Assembly: GCF_018977255.1 (NCBI RefSeq)
Contig: NW_024704742.1
Span: 58,530,001 to 58,594,000, forward strand
Reading direction: 5' to 3'
From: Callorhinchus milii
Lineage: Eukaryota
DNA length: 64,000 bases
In this document: in pieces, positions 40,201-53,045 of the stretch
Position numbering within the stretch: position 1 is the first letter of the stretch
Layout: each line of letters opens with the position of its first letter
Translations under genes and position numbers: made by a program
The notes under the pieces: model-generated
Database searches by the model: none
What the model saw: only the letters and a program-made list of their open reading frames with translations
What the model was told of the DNA's origin: nothing

Positions 40201-42470
40201 GGCTATGAATACTCAAGCACATGCTTTTATAGAGGCTCATTCCCCACTGACTGCAATTATTAACCACTGCATGGCTGCTCTCTGCCAGCTGATTATTCAC
40301 CATCAGCAGAACTATGATCAAATTCCAACTAGACCGTGGCATCAGCCACAAGCAAAACATGAAACATATTATTAAATATAGCAAGTAGTTCATAACTATC
40401 AAGGGCCTTGTTCAAACAGAATCAACACGTCACAGTCACGGTGCTTAGTTGTTTATTTTCTTGCGGTGGTGGGGGGGGAGGTGCGGGGGAGGGAAAGAGT
40501 GGAAAATTGGCAAATAGCTACAAGTCACAGCAAGTCAGATATGTACGCGGAGTTAAATCCTATGAAGTCAAGGTACACACAGCGTGGCAACAGTTTGAAA
40601 ATGCAAATAGGTGCAGGGAGAAGTGTGACAGCCGTTGCTTAGAAATAATAATTGGTTAAATGTCTGATCCCTACTTGTTAGTAGAAGTTCAGCTAGGTCA
40701 TGTTCCCGGGTATCAAAATTATGTTTTTATGCTAATACAAAGCTATTTTGCAAATGTCAAACATGACATAAATGCCAGCAGATGAGGCACTAGAGATCGG
40801 AGGGAGTGCTGCAGGTTCTGCTTGGCAGAGCAATAACTAAACAATCCCATTTAGAGAGAGCAAAAAATCTGCTGAGAACTGGCATGCTTCCATGACCAAC
40901 AGTTCAGCAGAGGTAATAGAGAGCAAATTACAGATCACGTTGTGCAGTAGCTGCCAAACGTTAAATTGTACCCGCTCCATTCAAAAACTGCTATTACTAG
41001 GAAACTGAAACAGGCTGCTTTCAGTGCCCGCCTACATGCCTTTGCATCAATGATTGCTCTGCACAACCTCGCATGCAATTTTATCTTGCAATTTTTGCAA
41101 CTCTTGCAAGGTTGCTTTGAGTCATGAAAGGTGCTATATCAAATGCAGGAATTATTATTATTTTAATTTGTTGATATTATGCAAACGAGAGTCTCTTGCA
41201 ACTTAGAAAAAGCAGCAGCTAAAAGCATGGCAATACTGTTAGGCCAATGCAAATTTAAAAAAAATTATTTCAGGCTAGGAAGAGGTTTCAAAGGACTTCA
41301 CAGCAGTGAAGTGACTGTATATTTTGTAGGCATATATGAACTCAGATCAGTTTACTCGAGACAATCTGAATCATGTGAAACCATCTCCAAAGGAACTCAA
41401 GAGCTTAAGAGACTATTTTTACAGAGTTCAGCAGCAGGTAGCCTCAGACAAAAAAAAATATTTGCTAAAGTAGGAATAATTAAACACATATATTTATATA
41501 ATTATATTTTATATAACTAATCCCCGACTGTTCAGCACCTCTGGACGTCCTCCCAACATGAAAGGCACTTTACAAATGTAATTTTGTTGTTGTTGTTTTA
41601 TAGGCTACAGATTAAAGTGAATTAGGCCGAAGATTGACCAGTATAATTGGGAACCAAAATGTCCTTTTGCATTGCCCACCATCCATCCCTGTTAGAATGA
41701 TCCATAGAGGGCAGTATATATGTAGTTTTGAAATGCATCATGTTTTGGTAGAGTACACAAAGCTAACAGGGTGCATATCTGAAGTGCACAACCACACCAC
41801 AAAATAACAATGTGCCACTTTGACATGTTAACCAGCACCTAAATTACAATTTGAAAACTCAGTCCAGCTATAGAAATTCACTTGCAGGAATAATTCATGA
41901 GGTTTTCAAGCATCGGAAGTCTTATAAACAGAATTTGCAAGTAAATGTAAAGTTTGAAATTAAGCCCATCAAAGGCTTGCCATGCAGATCCGACTGAAAC
42001 CTCTTGAGGCTGGGGCCAAATATACCAGAAGTTCAAGTTTGGAACCAGCAAAGTGATTCTGAAGTGCCTTTCGGTATTACAAATTCAGCAGTTATTTTAT
42101 TAGACCAATTTAGTGGAAAGTAAAAAGCACGCACAAGAAGAATGTATGCCAAGAAAGTATCGAGGCTCTCTCTTGATTGGCATGAATTAATTGACTTGTC
42201 TATCACAAGAAAATATGACCAAATCCTTATCTATTCGTATTGGACTTGGATCAGCTTCATTCTGTTCAATCATGCAGATCCTCACTACAACTTGCTTTTA
42301 TATAGCAATTTTCACTCAGCGTCTCGGAGCGTTCGACAATGTGAGTGTTGGACACTGAGTAAGGGAGAAGAGGGAGGAGGAGATGAACATAGGTGGACTT
42401 AAGAAACAGGAATGCTAGGAACTGGAAGAGGAACTGCTTGAAACTAACTTGATGTTTCACCTAAACTGTA

Positions 42471-42787
42471 TAATAATAATAATATTCCTTGCATTTGATA
42501 TAGCGCTTTTCACGTCTTCTAGATGTCTCAAAGGGCTTCACAGAATATACTGTAAAGTGAACTGACTGTATATTTGTGGGCGAAACTCGGCAGCCAATTG
42601 CGCACAGCAATGTCCCACAAATAGTCATGAATTGAAGTGACTAACTTATTATTGGGGTTTTTTCTTGAGGGATTATTATCAGGCGTGTGGAGTAAGGAAA
42701 CTTTCCCAAGGTTTCACCCTGCCGGGAACCGACCCCAGGTCTCTCGCTTGTGTGGCGAGTACTCTAACCACTGAGCTACAGGACTCC
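42471..42787 (-). mobile_element. Full-length tRNA-derived SINE, short subfamily
   Basis: Colinear with the 43933-44252 copy. Confidence 0.9.
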
Positions 42788-42879
42788 ACTTAATCAACTG
42801 TATCACTGAACAAACGTAAACAAAAAAAATCTAGAAACAATATTCTTTAAGTTTGCACAAAAATAATGCAAATTCCTGT

Positions 42880-43097
42880 GGGAGAATTCCCACCTGGGTC
42901 TAGTTTTATTCTATTTACGTAGCATTTTATACCGTTCCAGAATTTGGAAAAATGATGAATTCACTCTTACCTTTGCGGCTGTTTTCCTCTTACTTTAAAA
43001 AGGAGCACAGATTAACCCAGGTTAAAAATTGCCAGATTCTGGATGCCTTGAAATGCTAAAAAATAGAGTAAATCTAGACTAAGATGGAATTTCTCTC
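42880..43097. mobile_element. MITE-like element with ~48-bp imperfect terminal inverted repeats
   Basis: Left end ggagaattcccacctgggtctagttttattctatttacgtagcatttta pairs with right end tgaaatgctaaaaaatagagtaaatctagactaagatggaatttctctc. Confidence 0.75.
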
Positions 43098-43343
43098 TTG
43101 TGTTTCAGAGAAAGTAAACCTCAGCATTGCTTCAGTGGCACCAGATTAAATTGACTGGGTTCTGAGAGGTTCCTAGTAAAGGTAGAAAATATTTACACTT
43201 TGGCCTACGTGTATGATGTTATTATCACCTATAAAATACAGTCACTGCACTTTACAATATATCCTATGAAATGCTACGAGGCTTCCTCCCAATGTGAAAG
43301 GTGTCATATCAAATATAAGTATTATTATTATTAAGCATATAAT

Positions 43344-43518
43344 GGTCTGAAATTCCACTTGCGAAGGTAAGAGTGAATTCACCATTTTTCCAAATTCTGG
43401 AACTGTATAAAATGCTACGTAATTAGAATAAATCTAGAAATTTAACGCACAATTGTCAAATTCTGAAATGCTACAGGAATAAGAGCCAATCTCGATCAAA
43501 GTGGAATTTCTCCCCCCC
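43344..43518. mobile_element. Rearranged MITE copy of the same family
   Basis: gaaattccactt left end and tgaaatgctac...aagtggaatttctcccc right end. Confidence 0.65.
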
Positions 43519-43932
43519 AATAATTTGTTCAATTACAGCAGTTTGGACCAATGGTCAGCCATTCTGAGGAGGTAATTCCAACCACTTTCGAGCACATAAG
43601 TCATATTGACCAGTGAGGAGTGTGTCTGTCAATCATTGTCAAATAAACTTGGGCTAAGCTGTAGCTCCTTACGTAAAATGCTTTATGCAAAACACAATGT
43701 TCAAGTCACAAAATCTCCAAGAGGATGGCAGTCCACAAAGTATCAACTGTTAAATGAGTTTTAATTTATTTACTGGCTGTCCACAGCAATGTTCATTTTC
43801 TTTCCAAACTTCTCTGCTGCATTGCTGGAACGCTGCAGAATGTGTGGAGAGTGCTGGCAATCATTTTTGAAACTTTTGCATTGTTATAATAATAATCCTT
43901 GCATTTGATATAGCGCTTTTCACGTCGGGAGG

Positions 43933-44252
43933 ATAATAATAATAATCCTTGCATTTGATATAGCGCTTTTCACGTCAGGAGGATGTCCCAAAGCGCTTCA
44001 CAGAATATACTGTAAAGTGAATTGACTGTATATTTGTGGGCGAATGCGGCAGCCAATTGCGCACAGCAATGTCCCACAAACAGTCGTGGATTGAAAATGA
44101 CCAATTTATTATTGTTTTGGGTTTTGGAGGGATTATTATTAGGCTCTGTGTGGAGTAAGGAAACTTGCCCAAGGTTTCGCCCTCTGCCTGGAATTGAACT
44201 CAGGTCTCTCACTTGCAAAGCGAGTGCTCTAACCACTGAGCTACAGGACTCC
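43933..44252 (-). mobile_element. Full-length tRNA(Ala)-derived SINE, short subfamily (~320 bp)
   Basis: Head GGAGTCCTGTAGCTCAGTGGTTAGAGCACTCGC-TTTGCAA-GTGAGAGACCTGAGTTCAATTCC contains an A box, a TGC anticodon loop and a B box. L2-like tail ends in (ATT)n. Near-identical copies occur elsewhere in the window. Confidence 0.93.
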
Positions 44253-44384
44253 ACGGATTCTTCTGGATTTAGTTAAAGTAGTTGGCAGTATAATTACATG
44301 AATGCCTCAGCTGTATCCTATTTAATTCCTTCCCATTTCTACTGACGAGCAGTGCAAGGGGTCAGTAAATGGTGAAATCCATGG

Positions 44385-44826
44385 ATCACCCGAGTCCTTG
44401 CCAGACTGCACTGGCTGCCTGTCCCAGAGAGGATCGACTTCAAGATCCTCACCCTTGTATTCATATCCCTCCACTCCTCAGCACCCCCTACCTCTCTGAC
44501 CTCCTCTCTCCTCAAAACAGTACCCGTTGCCTTTGTTCCTCCGGGTCTGGCCTCCTCCTCGTCCCCCGAGTCCTCTGCTCCACCCTCGGCGGCTGTGCCT
44601 TCAGCCACTAGGCCCCGAGACTATGGAATTCCCTTCCTCACTCCCTTCGCCTCGCTCCCTCTCTTCCTATTTTCAGGTCTCTGCTGAAGAACTTTCTCTT
44701 CGACCACGCCTTTGGTCACCTTCCTCCCCCTCTCCCTGGCTCGGCCCCGGGATCCGTTACTGTGAAGCGCTCTGAGACGTCGTCCTGCGTGGAGGGCGCT
44801 ATATAAATCCAAGTTGTTGTTGTTGT
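44385..44826 (+). mobile_element. L2 3' fragment with (GTT)n tail
   Basis: LARLHWLPVPERIDFKILTL-type coding end, then ggcgctatataaatccaagttgttgttgttgtt. Confidence 0.88.
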
Positions 44827-44879
44827 TCAAACATTGATTCACATTTTGAATCAAAAGGGACTAGTTTGGGAGAACAAGT

Positions 44880-45083
44880 GGGCAGTAATTCCACCCAGAT
44901 CTAGATTTACTCCATTTTAGAGCATCCAGAAATTGGCAAACTGACAAATTCAGCTATAAATTTTAAATCCTTTTTTCTGTCATTCTTAAAATAATTTCTA
45001 GACGTTGGTTTCAAAAGTAATATCAGAGAGTCTGAAATGCTATGTAAATAAGAGTAAATCTAGACCTGAGTGGAATTACTCCC
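44880..45083. mobile_element. MITE-like element of the same family
   Basis: Terminal inverted repeats gggcagtaattccacccagatctagatttactc and gagtaaatctagacctgagtggaattactccc. Confidence 0.78.
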
Positions 45084-45849
45084 CAAAAGAGAGATGAGAG
45101 CAAGGTTCTATCCAATACACAATATATATTATTTATTATATATCTTCTCATCTCCACAATGTTTTAAAATAGTGTTTTAAATACTAATAATCCTTGCATT
45201 TGGTATTGTGCCTTTCAGGTCGGGAGGATATCTCAGAATGTTTCACAAGATTTTACTGTAAAGTGTAATGACTGTATAATTTAACGCTTTGACTGGACTT
45301 AGTTGCAGTTCCACCAGTCAGCATGTTGTACCAAGTAATGATTATTCATAACATAAGCGGGTGGTGGGTCGTAGGCTATTCAACAGTGGGGGGAGGCACA
45401 GGAAGGCACCACAGCTGATCCTGACCTCATTCAATATTCATATACTTGCAACTTCTGGCTGGGGATTCTAGATAGACACGAGGAGCGAGAGAGACACATA
45501 AATAGAAAGGTAAAGTAAAACCCTGAACATGATGTGGGGGGGGCGGAGGGCAAACATTCTCAATGGTTGGTTTACCTTATGCCTAAAAGATAAGGTTTTC
45601 TTTTTGAACTATATATTTCATCAGCTCAGCAGACTATCGGGATCCTCATTAGACCCTTTGGAAGAACAGCTAACAAAGTTGATGGGGGAGGAAACTAATA
45701 ACAGAGGGTCTCATTCCCAAGCAGCACAAGTTCTATTCTTAGGGACTGATGTCACAATTCTTGAGAATGAAACCAGCTTTGGTCTTCCTCTTATTAGGAT
45801 GAAATAACAGGTACAAGATAAAAGCAGTGCATGTTAACTGAGCACCTAC

Positions 45850-46088
45850 CTATGAAATAAGACAGTAGTATTGCCAGTAAGACTGACACGCCGACTGCAC
45901 ACAGGGCAGTGCATTTCCAACTACAGTACTTTGATGACTTCTTGAACTTAAAAGCACTTCTGGAAAGGGTGTTTCTAGGCAACGGGCGTGGCGGTGGAGA
46001 ATAAACTGCACTGGAAGCCATGGTGTAACCAGGCGAGGCTGTACTGAACAGCGGCGTTGTTCCTGTTCCAGTCTTGAAGAGAAAGTGC
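45850..46088 (-). CDS. TENM3: Teneurin-3 internal exon (239 bp): end of intracellular domain plus transmembrane helix
   Basis: Acceptor ttttctttcattacag at 46089 and donor G|gtaggt at 45849. Translates (R)[79 protein letters not shown](A), nearly identical to vertebrate TENM3 as I recall it. Confidence 0.96.
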
Positions 46089-49000
46089 CTGTAATGAAAG
46101 AAAACAAAATGTGCAGAAACGTCTCCAAGTGATTGCAGATCACATCAACACAACAGCAAACTTCACGTTCGAATATAAAGGACACAAACAGGGTTTCTCA
46201 CAGTCAGCTTGAGCCATTAACATGCAGGAGTGCAGCAAGTGAGCATAGCTTAGCATTAACAAAGATAAGAGATAGGGTTGAAAACTACACATGCTAGCTA
46301 GGTGCACAGTTTAGACAATGATATTTGCAAACTCAGAATAAAAAGTGATGTACTGACTGAGGTAAAGGTGTCACCTGCCAGTGCATCTTGTATACATGTT
46401 CAATGGGAATAGGTACTCTGTACATTGTGCTTGCTCAGAAGGGATGGATGGAAAGAGAAATGTTCTATTACCCATGAGGTAATCCCTTTGAGATTCTTCC
46501 CTGGTATTAAGCCTCCATAACCTTTTATTTTCTTTCTATCCAATAGTTTTTACTTACCATTTAATTGTTTCTATTCTCTGAAGACTTAGTTACATTTTGT
46601 TTCCAAGTTAAAGCAGGATGCTAACAAGATTGGCAATGATTTGTTTTTTTTAAATTAATTTTCCAGCAGTAATGTTAACGGATTCATTTTATCACTTCTG
46701 CTCTCTGAATGTACAAAATCTTTGTGTCAAATCTGAGAAAAATCTATTACTGAACTTGGTTCAGGATGAAATTACTGAATTACACAAATGAATGAGGTGA
46801 TTTATTGAATTATATAATAAATGCAAGATGAGATTTATTGGGGATCATTTGATTTATAACAAGATTGGGACAAATTTCCATCCATTTTCACCAATGGAAA
46901 AGTGTAATGTCCTGAATCGCTAGCCTTCTCAAGTCTACTTTTTCATTTGGATTGAATTAGTTTTTTTGCACTTTCCGTCGCACTCCCTTCCTTTTTCTAA
47001 ACTGTCCTTATTCAGCAATAGCATTTTAAGGTGATGGTGCTGATAGAATCCAATCCATTTTCAAGAACATTAAATCCTGCACTGTACGCTAGGTAAAGTT
47101 GGTGTTGGTGAAGTAATACTATGGAAGAAGTGTACAGAGCAGTAAAACCGGGAGACGTGATAATCCTCCACCCCTTAATCTACATCCAGAAAATCACCAG
47201 GAGTGAACCTACCCAAAGACTACTCATCAGTGAAATACCAGAAGCTTGGAGGGATTGATTCATTGAGGTATTATTATTGTGTTTCCCAATAGTTTCATCT
47301 GCGGCTGTTGTGGTGTGTTGTGGTGCTGAACCACATAGATCAAGAAGATCTTCGGTTGATCCGTACTAAATTCTCTGATCTCAGTTGGGACAGTGGAGGC
47401 ACTACAAATAGTCTCAGCATCTTTGGAATAGGAACAAAAAAAACACAGCAAGGTTTTCTGTTTCTAATGACTACCTAGTGAACTGTGCTGGGAATAGTTT
47501 AGAAGTGTGGACAGAAATGTGGGGCTTAGCTGCAGTTTCACTCCATACAGATTGGAAAGCTTGACGGCATTCATTGTCTGGCTCATACATGAGGAACAGC
47601 CACATGTCGGAAGCAGTGGGAAACAGCTGGCAACCATGGAGCCATAACCCAGTATAAGCCAAGATTCTGAGCGTGGGAGAGTTGGAGAGAGAACAAAGTT
47701 TTTATATTAAATATCAGGTCAGCATGGCAGAACTTCCAAAGCTTAAGGAAGTACTGTTGCCTGACATAGTGCCTTGAAAGACATTTTATCAGGTTTGTGA
47801 ACAGCACAGTCAATGGGTACAGCAAACTTAATTGCATCAGTTTGCCAATGTGTCTACAACTGTGTCCAAAAGCTGTAACATGGACATAAAGTTAACCAGA
47901 GCAGGTTGGTCCTAACACTGAACCTTTGCTGAAGTCACTTTCTAGTGCAATGACTGTTCCTTGAAGTGTTCTATTTTCCCTCTTGGAATGCAGGTCGACT
48001 TCACTACTATAAATTCATTCTAAAATATACCTGTTTAACTTCTACTTCACATATGTGTCACAATGTCAAGAGAGATTGCAACAACTATACCTCAAGAGTA
48101 ACCTGGGGGTACTTTCTCAATATGACATGTACTCAGAAAGTAAACTCAGAACAATACTTTCAAATGTGCTGAGTTAGCAAGACAAGGACACAGGTTTAGG
48201 GTTGCAAAGGGCAATTTCAGAAGAGACAGCATCCCTTTACCCTGAGGGTAATTAATAACTGGAACATGTTACCAGATAGGGTGGTTGAGGTTAGGATGTT
48301 GCTTTTTTTAAAAAAAAGCATGCTGCTGTAATAGGAGCAGAGTAGGGTGGGTATTCTGGAAGGTTGAGGTCAAATAGATCGAAGGGCTTTCTTCAACCGA
48401 AGCAATCTTGTGATCTTGTGAGATTGTGCAGTTTTTATTCACATTGCCAAGTTTCTGACACAATGGCTCAAATATATTTGAATTATATTTGTGCAATACA
48501 AATCTTTGAATGACCACCATGAAATATGATAAATATCTCAGCTCGTGACACAGACCATAACTCACCTTCTGCTTCATTCACTGTGAGCAAAACAGTTCAG
48601 TTTAACGTGAGGGATATTTATCATGTCTCATTTCTGGCTGTGTAAGATTCTCTGTACATTTAACTTTTCTTTAAAAAAGATGTTGCATTGAATTTTGTCC
48701 CAAATATCATTTGATGTATACATTCACAATGATTATGAATAATGAGACTATAGTGAACAGAAATTTTCAGCAGCACTCAAAGATAGCCATAAAAAGTTGT
48801 AGTTTTCAAGCTTATGGTGAGAGACAGAAAACACAACACAAAATCAGATTAGTTCAGTTGAGCCTTTCTTGTAATATAAAACATGAGGCTGGTATCGGAA
48901 CCAAAAAAACATAACACAAAAATAACAAAAATTAGCAAAGTTACGCAATTCTCGAGTGCAATTTTTCTTCTCTTTTAGACACTGACGAAAACAAATGTTA

Positions 49001-50369
49001 CATTCAGGACAAGGTATATAAATAGAAAATGATGCAAGCTGTGACACGAGCTATCAGCAAGGTAAAGATCTGATTTGCTTCAGGGTAAAATCAAGTTGCA
49101 ATTTAACAAATTGTATTCATTTCTAAAGGACTTGCTTTGGTATATTCCAATTAAATTTCACTGCAAATTCCAATCAGTCTGCACCATTATAATGGTAATG
49201 TAGGCACTTTCAATGAATAAAACATTTTGTTCCCAAAATCACTTGTCTGCAGGACTAGATGGGATGGTTAGGTAAAAAATAAGATTCAGGTTAAGTTTAC
49301 ACTCTGGTCATTTTACTCCTTTTGCTGGTAAGTTAACCAGCTACTGGAGTGACCACATATCATTCGCCTTTCTCAATCAATTAACTAACTCTTGGTGGTG
49401 TGATCTTATAATAGGTTTTCCATTTGCCCAGCCCACCAAGTATTCTTAAATATTACTGACAAGTGAGGATAGATAGGCATCATCACCAAAGATTGGTACA
49501 TTTACCTACATTGCCAAGAAAAATATGATTTATTTTCATGTATTGATGCTTTCACATATTAGTGTGGAAACAATAGGTGTTTGTACACAATTACAAACCA
49601 TTGGGCTTTTGAAATTTGAACAATGGAGTTCAATGAAGCCTTGAATATGCCATGTGAGCTTTGTGCACCTTTTAAGTCTTGTGTTCATGCCTCACAGATA
49701 GTCCTCCGGTGGGCTGTGGTAAGAAATATGCAAGGGTGTTCATAGTATGTTATTCGTAATGGTGGTGATGGTGGGTGGGGGGATGGGGTGGGGGGTAATT
49801 CCAAGCAAAACCAAATATGTGTGTGGACACCAAATAGTCAATGGTCTACAGGGAAACAGATGACTTTGTTTTTTTTTATATATAATCATTTCACCAGGTT
49901 GAATGCACTATAATTTTCTATCTCTACTTTTTTGATGGTCATGACTTGCTAGGGTATAGTTCCCACAGGTGTTGGTTGTCCTATGATATTGCACTCAAAT
50001 AACCAACTCAAATAATAATCAGTTTGGCTGGAGCTGACCTGATCTGCATAGCTATACTTCAATTGTCAGAGAATATACCAATTGTCAGAGACTTCCTTTG
50101 ATAAATCTGGCAAAGGGCAGCATTCAGTTTGAGGGCTTATAGAGGTGAATTTGTATTCCAAGGTGCAGCATGCAGTTAGATCAGCAAACTGTGCCACTGG
50201 TCCACTTCCTCTTAAATATTGTTGATAAAAATTATTTTTTTCTGATTTTAATCCCTTTTTGCCTCATCCTCCCTATACTATCCACAAATCCTGTTGAGAT
50301 GTTTGGAAAATGACCTATGCCGAGCCCTTTACCAATATGGCTTTTGGGTTGGCGACTTGGAAGTATGAA

Positions 50370-50690
50370 AAACAACAACAATAATAGTAAATTGCATTTA
50401 TATTGCACCTTTCTCATCGGGAGGATGACCAAAGGTGCTGGATAGTCAAGGATTTGCACTTGAACTAGGAGTTGGAATCAAGAGAGATGGAGGGCAAGGG
50501 GCTGGGAGGATGACCAAAGGCATGGTCAAGTCAAAGAAGAAAGTCTTGAGATGGGCCTTGAAGGAGGCAAGGGAGGGGATGAGAAGTGGGACAGAAAGGC
50601 TGAAGGTCCGACTGCTGATAGTGGGGCAGGAAGGGTGGGAGAAATGGAGCAGGCCAGTACCCACCGAGCGGAGAGAGCAGGCAGGTTGGT
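50370..50690 (-). mobile_element. L2 3' fragment abutting a SINE
   Basis: Tail caacaacaataat...gcatttata and remnant ARSLRSVGTGLL...SFKAHLKTFFF. Confidence 0.8.
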
Positions 50691-51006
50691 AATAATAATA
50701 ATAATCCTTGCCTTTGATATAGCGCTTTTCACGTCTTATAGACATCCCAAAGTGCTTCACAGATTATACTGTAAAGTGAATTGACTATATTTGTGGGCGA
50801 ACACGGCAGCCAATTGTGCACAGCAGTGTCCCACAAACAGTCATGGATTGAAAATGACCAATTTATTATTGTTTTGTTTTTTTGGAGGGATTATTATTAG
50901 GCTCTGTGTGGAGTAAGGAAACTTGCCCAAGGTTTTGCCCTGCCGGGAATTGAACTCAGGTCTCTCACTTGCAAAGCGAGTGCTCTAACCACTGAGCTAC
51001 AGGACT
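50691..51006 (-). mobile_element. Full-length tRNA-derived SINE, short subfamily
   Basis: Colinear and highly similar to the 43933-44252 copy. Confidence 0.92.
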
Positions 51007-53045
51007 GCAAAGGTTAACCTTCAATCGTCTCTCTCTTTGCAGAGGTAGATGATACCTGCCTACACTTCTCTTATACCACAAAAGACTTCTCCTTGCTGTG
51101 GTTACTCTCCAATGAGAATTTGCAGAAAAAAAATGGTAGCTTTGGGCCTGAATATTATTAAAATAAAAAAACTCTGGATATTTTCGTGATCTGGTCAGGT
51201 ATTTTAAAAAGAAAAGTAGAGTGGGGCTGTACAATCCCAAGTATAGTTTACGTTTCACGCCAGACAAAAGAAAACTCAAATTCATAAAAGAAAAAGTCTT
51301 TGACATAACATAACATGTTATGTAGGAGTAGGCCATTTGGCCCTTCAAGCCTGCCCCACCATTCAATCATGGCTGATCTTCTAATCTAACTCCAGCTAAT
51401 AGCCTAACCCTGCCTTATCCCTTTGAGTTGGAAATTAGACACTTTGGGAACCTGTGAGAATAATTGAAACAAAAAGATTTAGCGTTCAGAGTGGTTCGAT
51501 TATCATTGTGCAATACAGTAGTAGTTTGGACCGTCTTTTCTGAATGGGAAATGAATCTTTGTTAGATTGTCAGGCAAGTGATTTTGCTTCACATTCTCCA
51601 TAGAGTTTTTTTTGGAATCGAAAGAGCTTGGCCAGATTTAAAGACATCAGAGAATCAGTCTTCATTCCCAAAATGCCACTGGAAGAATTAATATATAGTT
51701 TTGATTTAAGATTTAATTTCTGCTCTCCTTACAACATAGATTTCTGTGCTTGCAGCTGGCATCACCTTTTCGTTTTAAGCTTTTCAGAGTGACGTACCCA
51801 TCCCCGTAACCGCCGTCGTGACACGGTGGAGTAAAAACATCCATCTCTATAAGGTTGTCATGCCCATTTTCAAGAACTGCCTGCTTTGCTAATTTTCTAT
51901 GTACAAAAAATGAGATATAAAAATGTTAACGGAGTCAGGGGAAGCATTTAGTATCAGCATCATAAACAGTTAGTCCAATTAGGGACCAATAATAACAAAA
52001 ATGAAATGCAGAGCTCCACTTGAATGAGATGTTTTGCACAAATACCATCAAAGTTGAAAAGCTGGGGTCTAATTTGCACCATGCAACACAATTTGATACA
52101 CCTTTCACATCACATTTGGGAGGATGTCCCAAAGAGCTTGACAATCCTGGCTTAGAACCCAAAATGGGGTGGGAGCTGAGGGGGTGGAAAGATGGCCGAA
52201 GGTGCAGACAAAGAGAAGATCTCGAGAAGGACCTTGAAAAAGTTAAGGGTGGGGGCGAGTCGGAAGATCTCCGGGCTGGAGTTCCAGAGAGTGGGGGCAA
52301 ATAGTGCCATTAGCAAAAGGGAGCATAAGCACTATTTGCCATCTCTGAAAGCCACCAAAGTGCAGGGAAGAGCGAGAGAGTGAAAGGGCTTCTCATAGCC
52401 ACCCATTCACTCCCTGGATTTTTGCACACATTAACAAGTGGTGGGAAATTACCTGATCCAATCCGACTACTCAGACTGACTGAAGATGCCTTCCACCCTT
52501 TTATTTGCAAATGTCACAAATTAGACCTCGCAGGTACAAACATCAAGGTACAAACATCAAGCCTGTTATAACACTGACTGGTCTGACCTAAGAAAGCTGG
52601 GGCTTTAAAATCGCCGCAACACTTAACAGAAAGGCTATTTTCAAAGTCTGCTTCTGTTACACATGGTGTAAATAGATCAGGTGGTAGAGAGACGCTGCAA
52701 TTATCTCCACTTATCAAGACAGACTGTAACTCTCTCCTGACATTCTTGCCCCTGAGACAGGCAGTCAGCTTTATTTGTGTTGATATTTGTACACATCTCA
52801 CTGCTGGCAAGGACATATCTTGTTATTTATAGCACCTATGGAACTCCATAAATAAATAAAAAATCATGTTTCCACATGAGCAACGGAATGAAAAAGTGAG
52901 TTTACCAGTTATTTCGATTTCTTTGACTTCTCTCATTAAATACACAAAACCAAAAGTGTTACAAATAGAATCCGACACTGACTCATGCCTTTTGCTTCCA
53001 ATCACGATGATGTTCGGCACCTCCTTAATAATAGCACAACACAAC

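Noticed and set aside
52532..52561. 14-bp tandem duplication (aggtacaaacatca x2) and similar short duplications
   Set aside because: Ordinary slippage. There is no repeat-spacer array, so it is not CRISPR-like.
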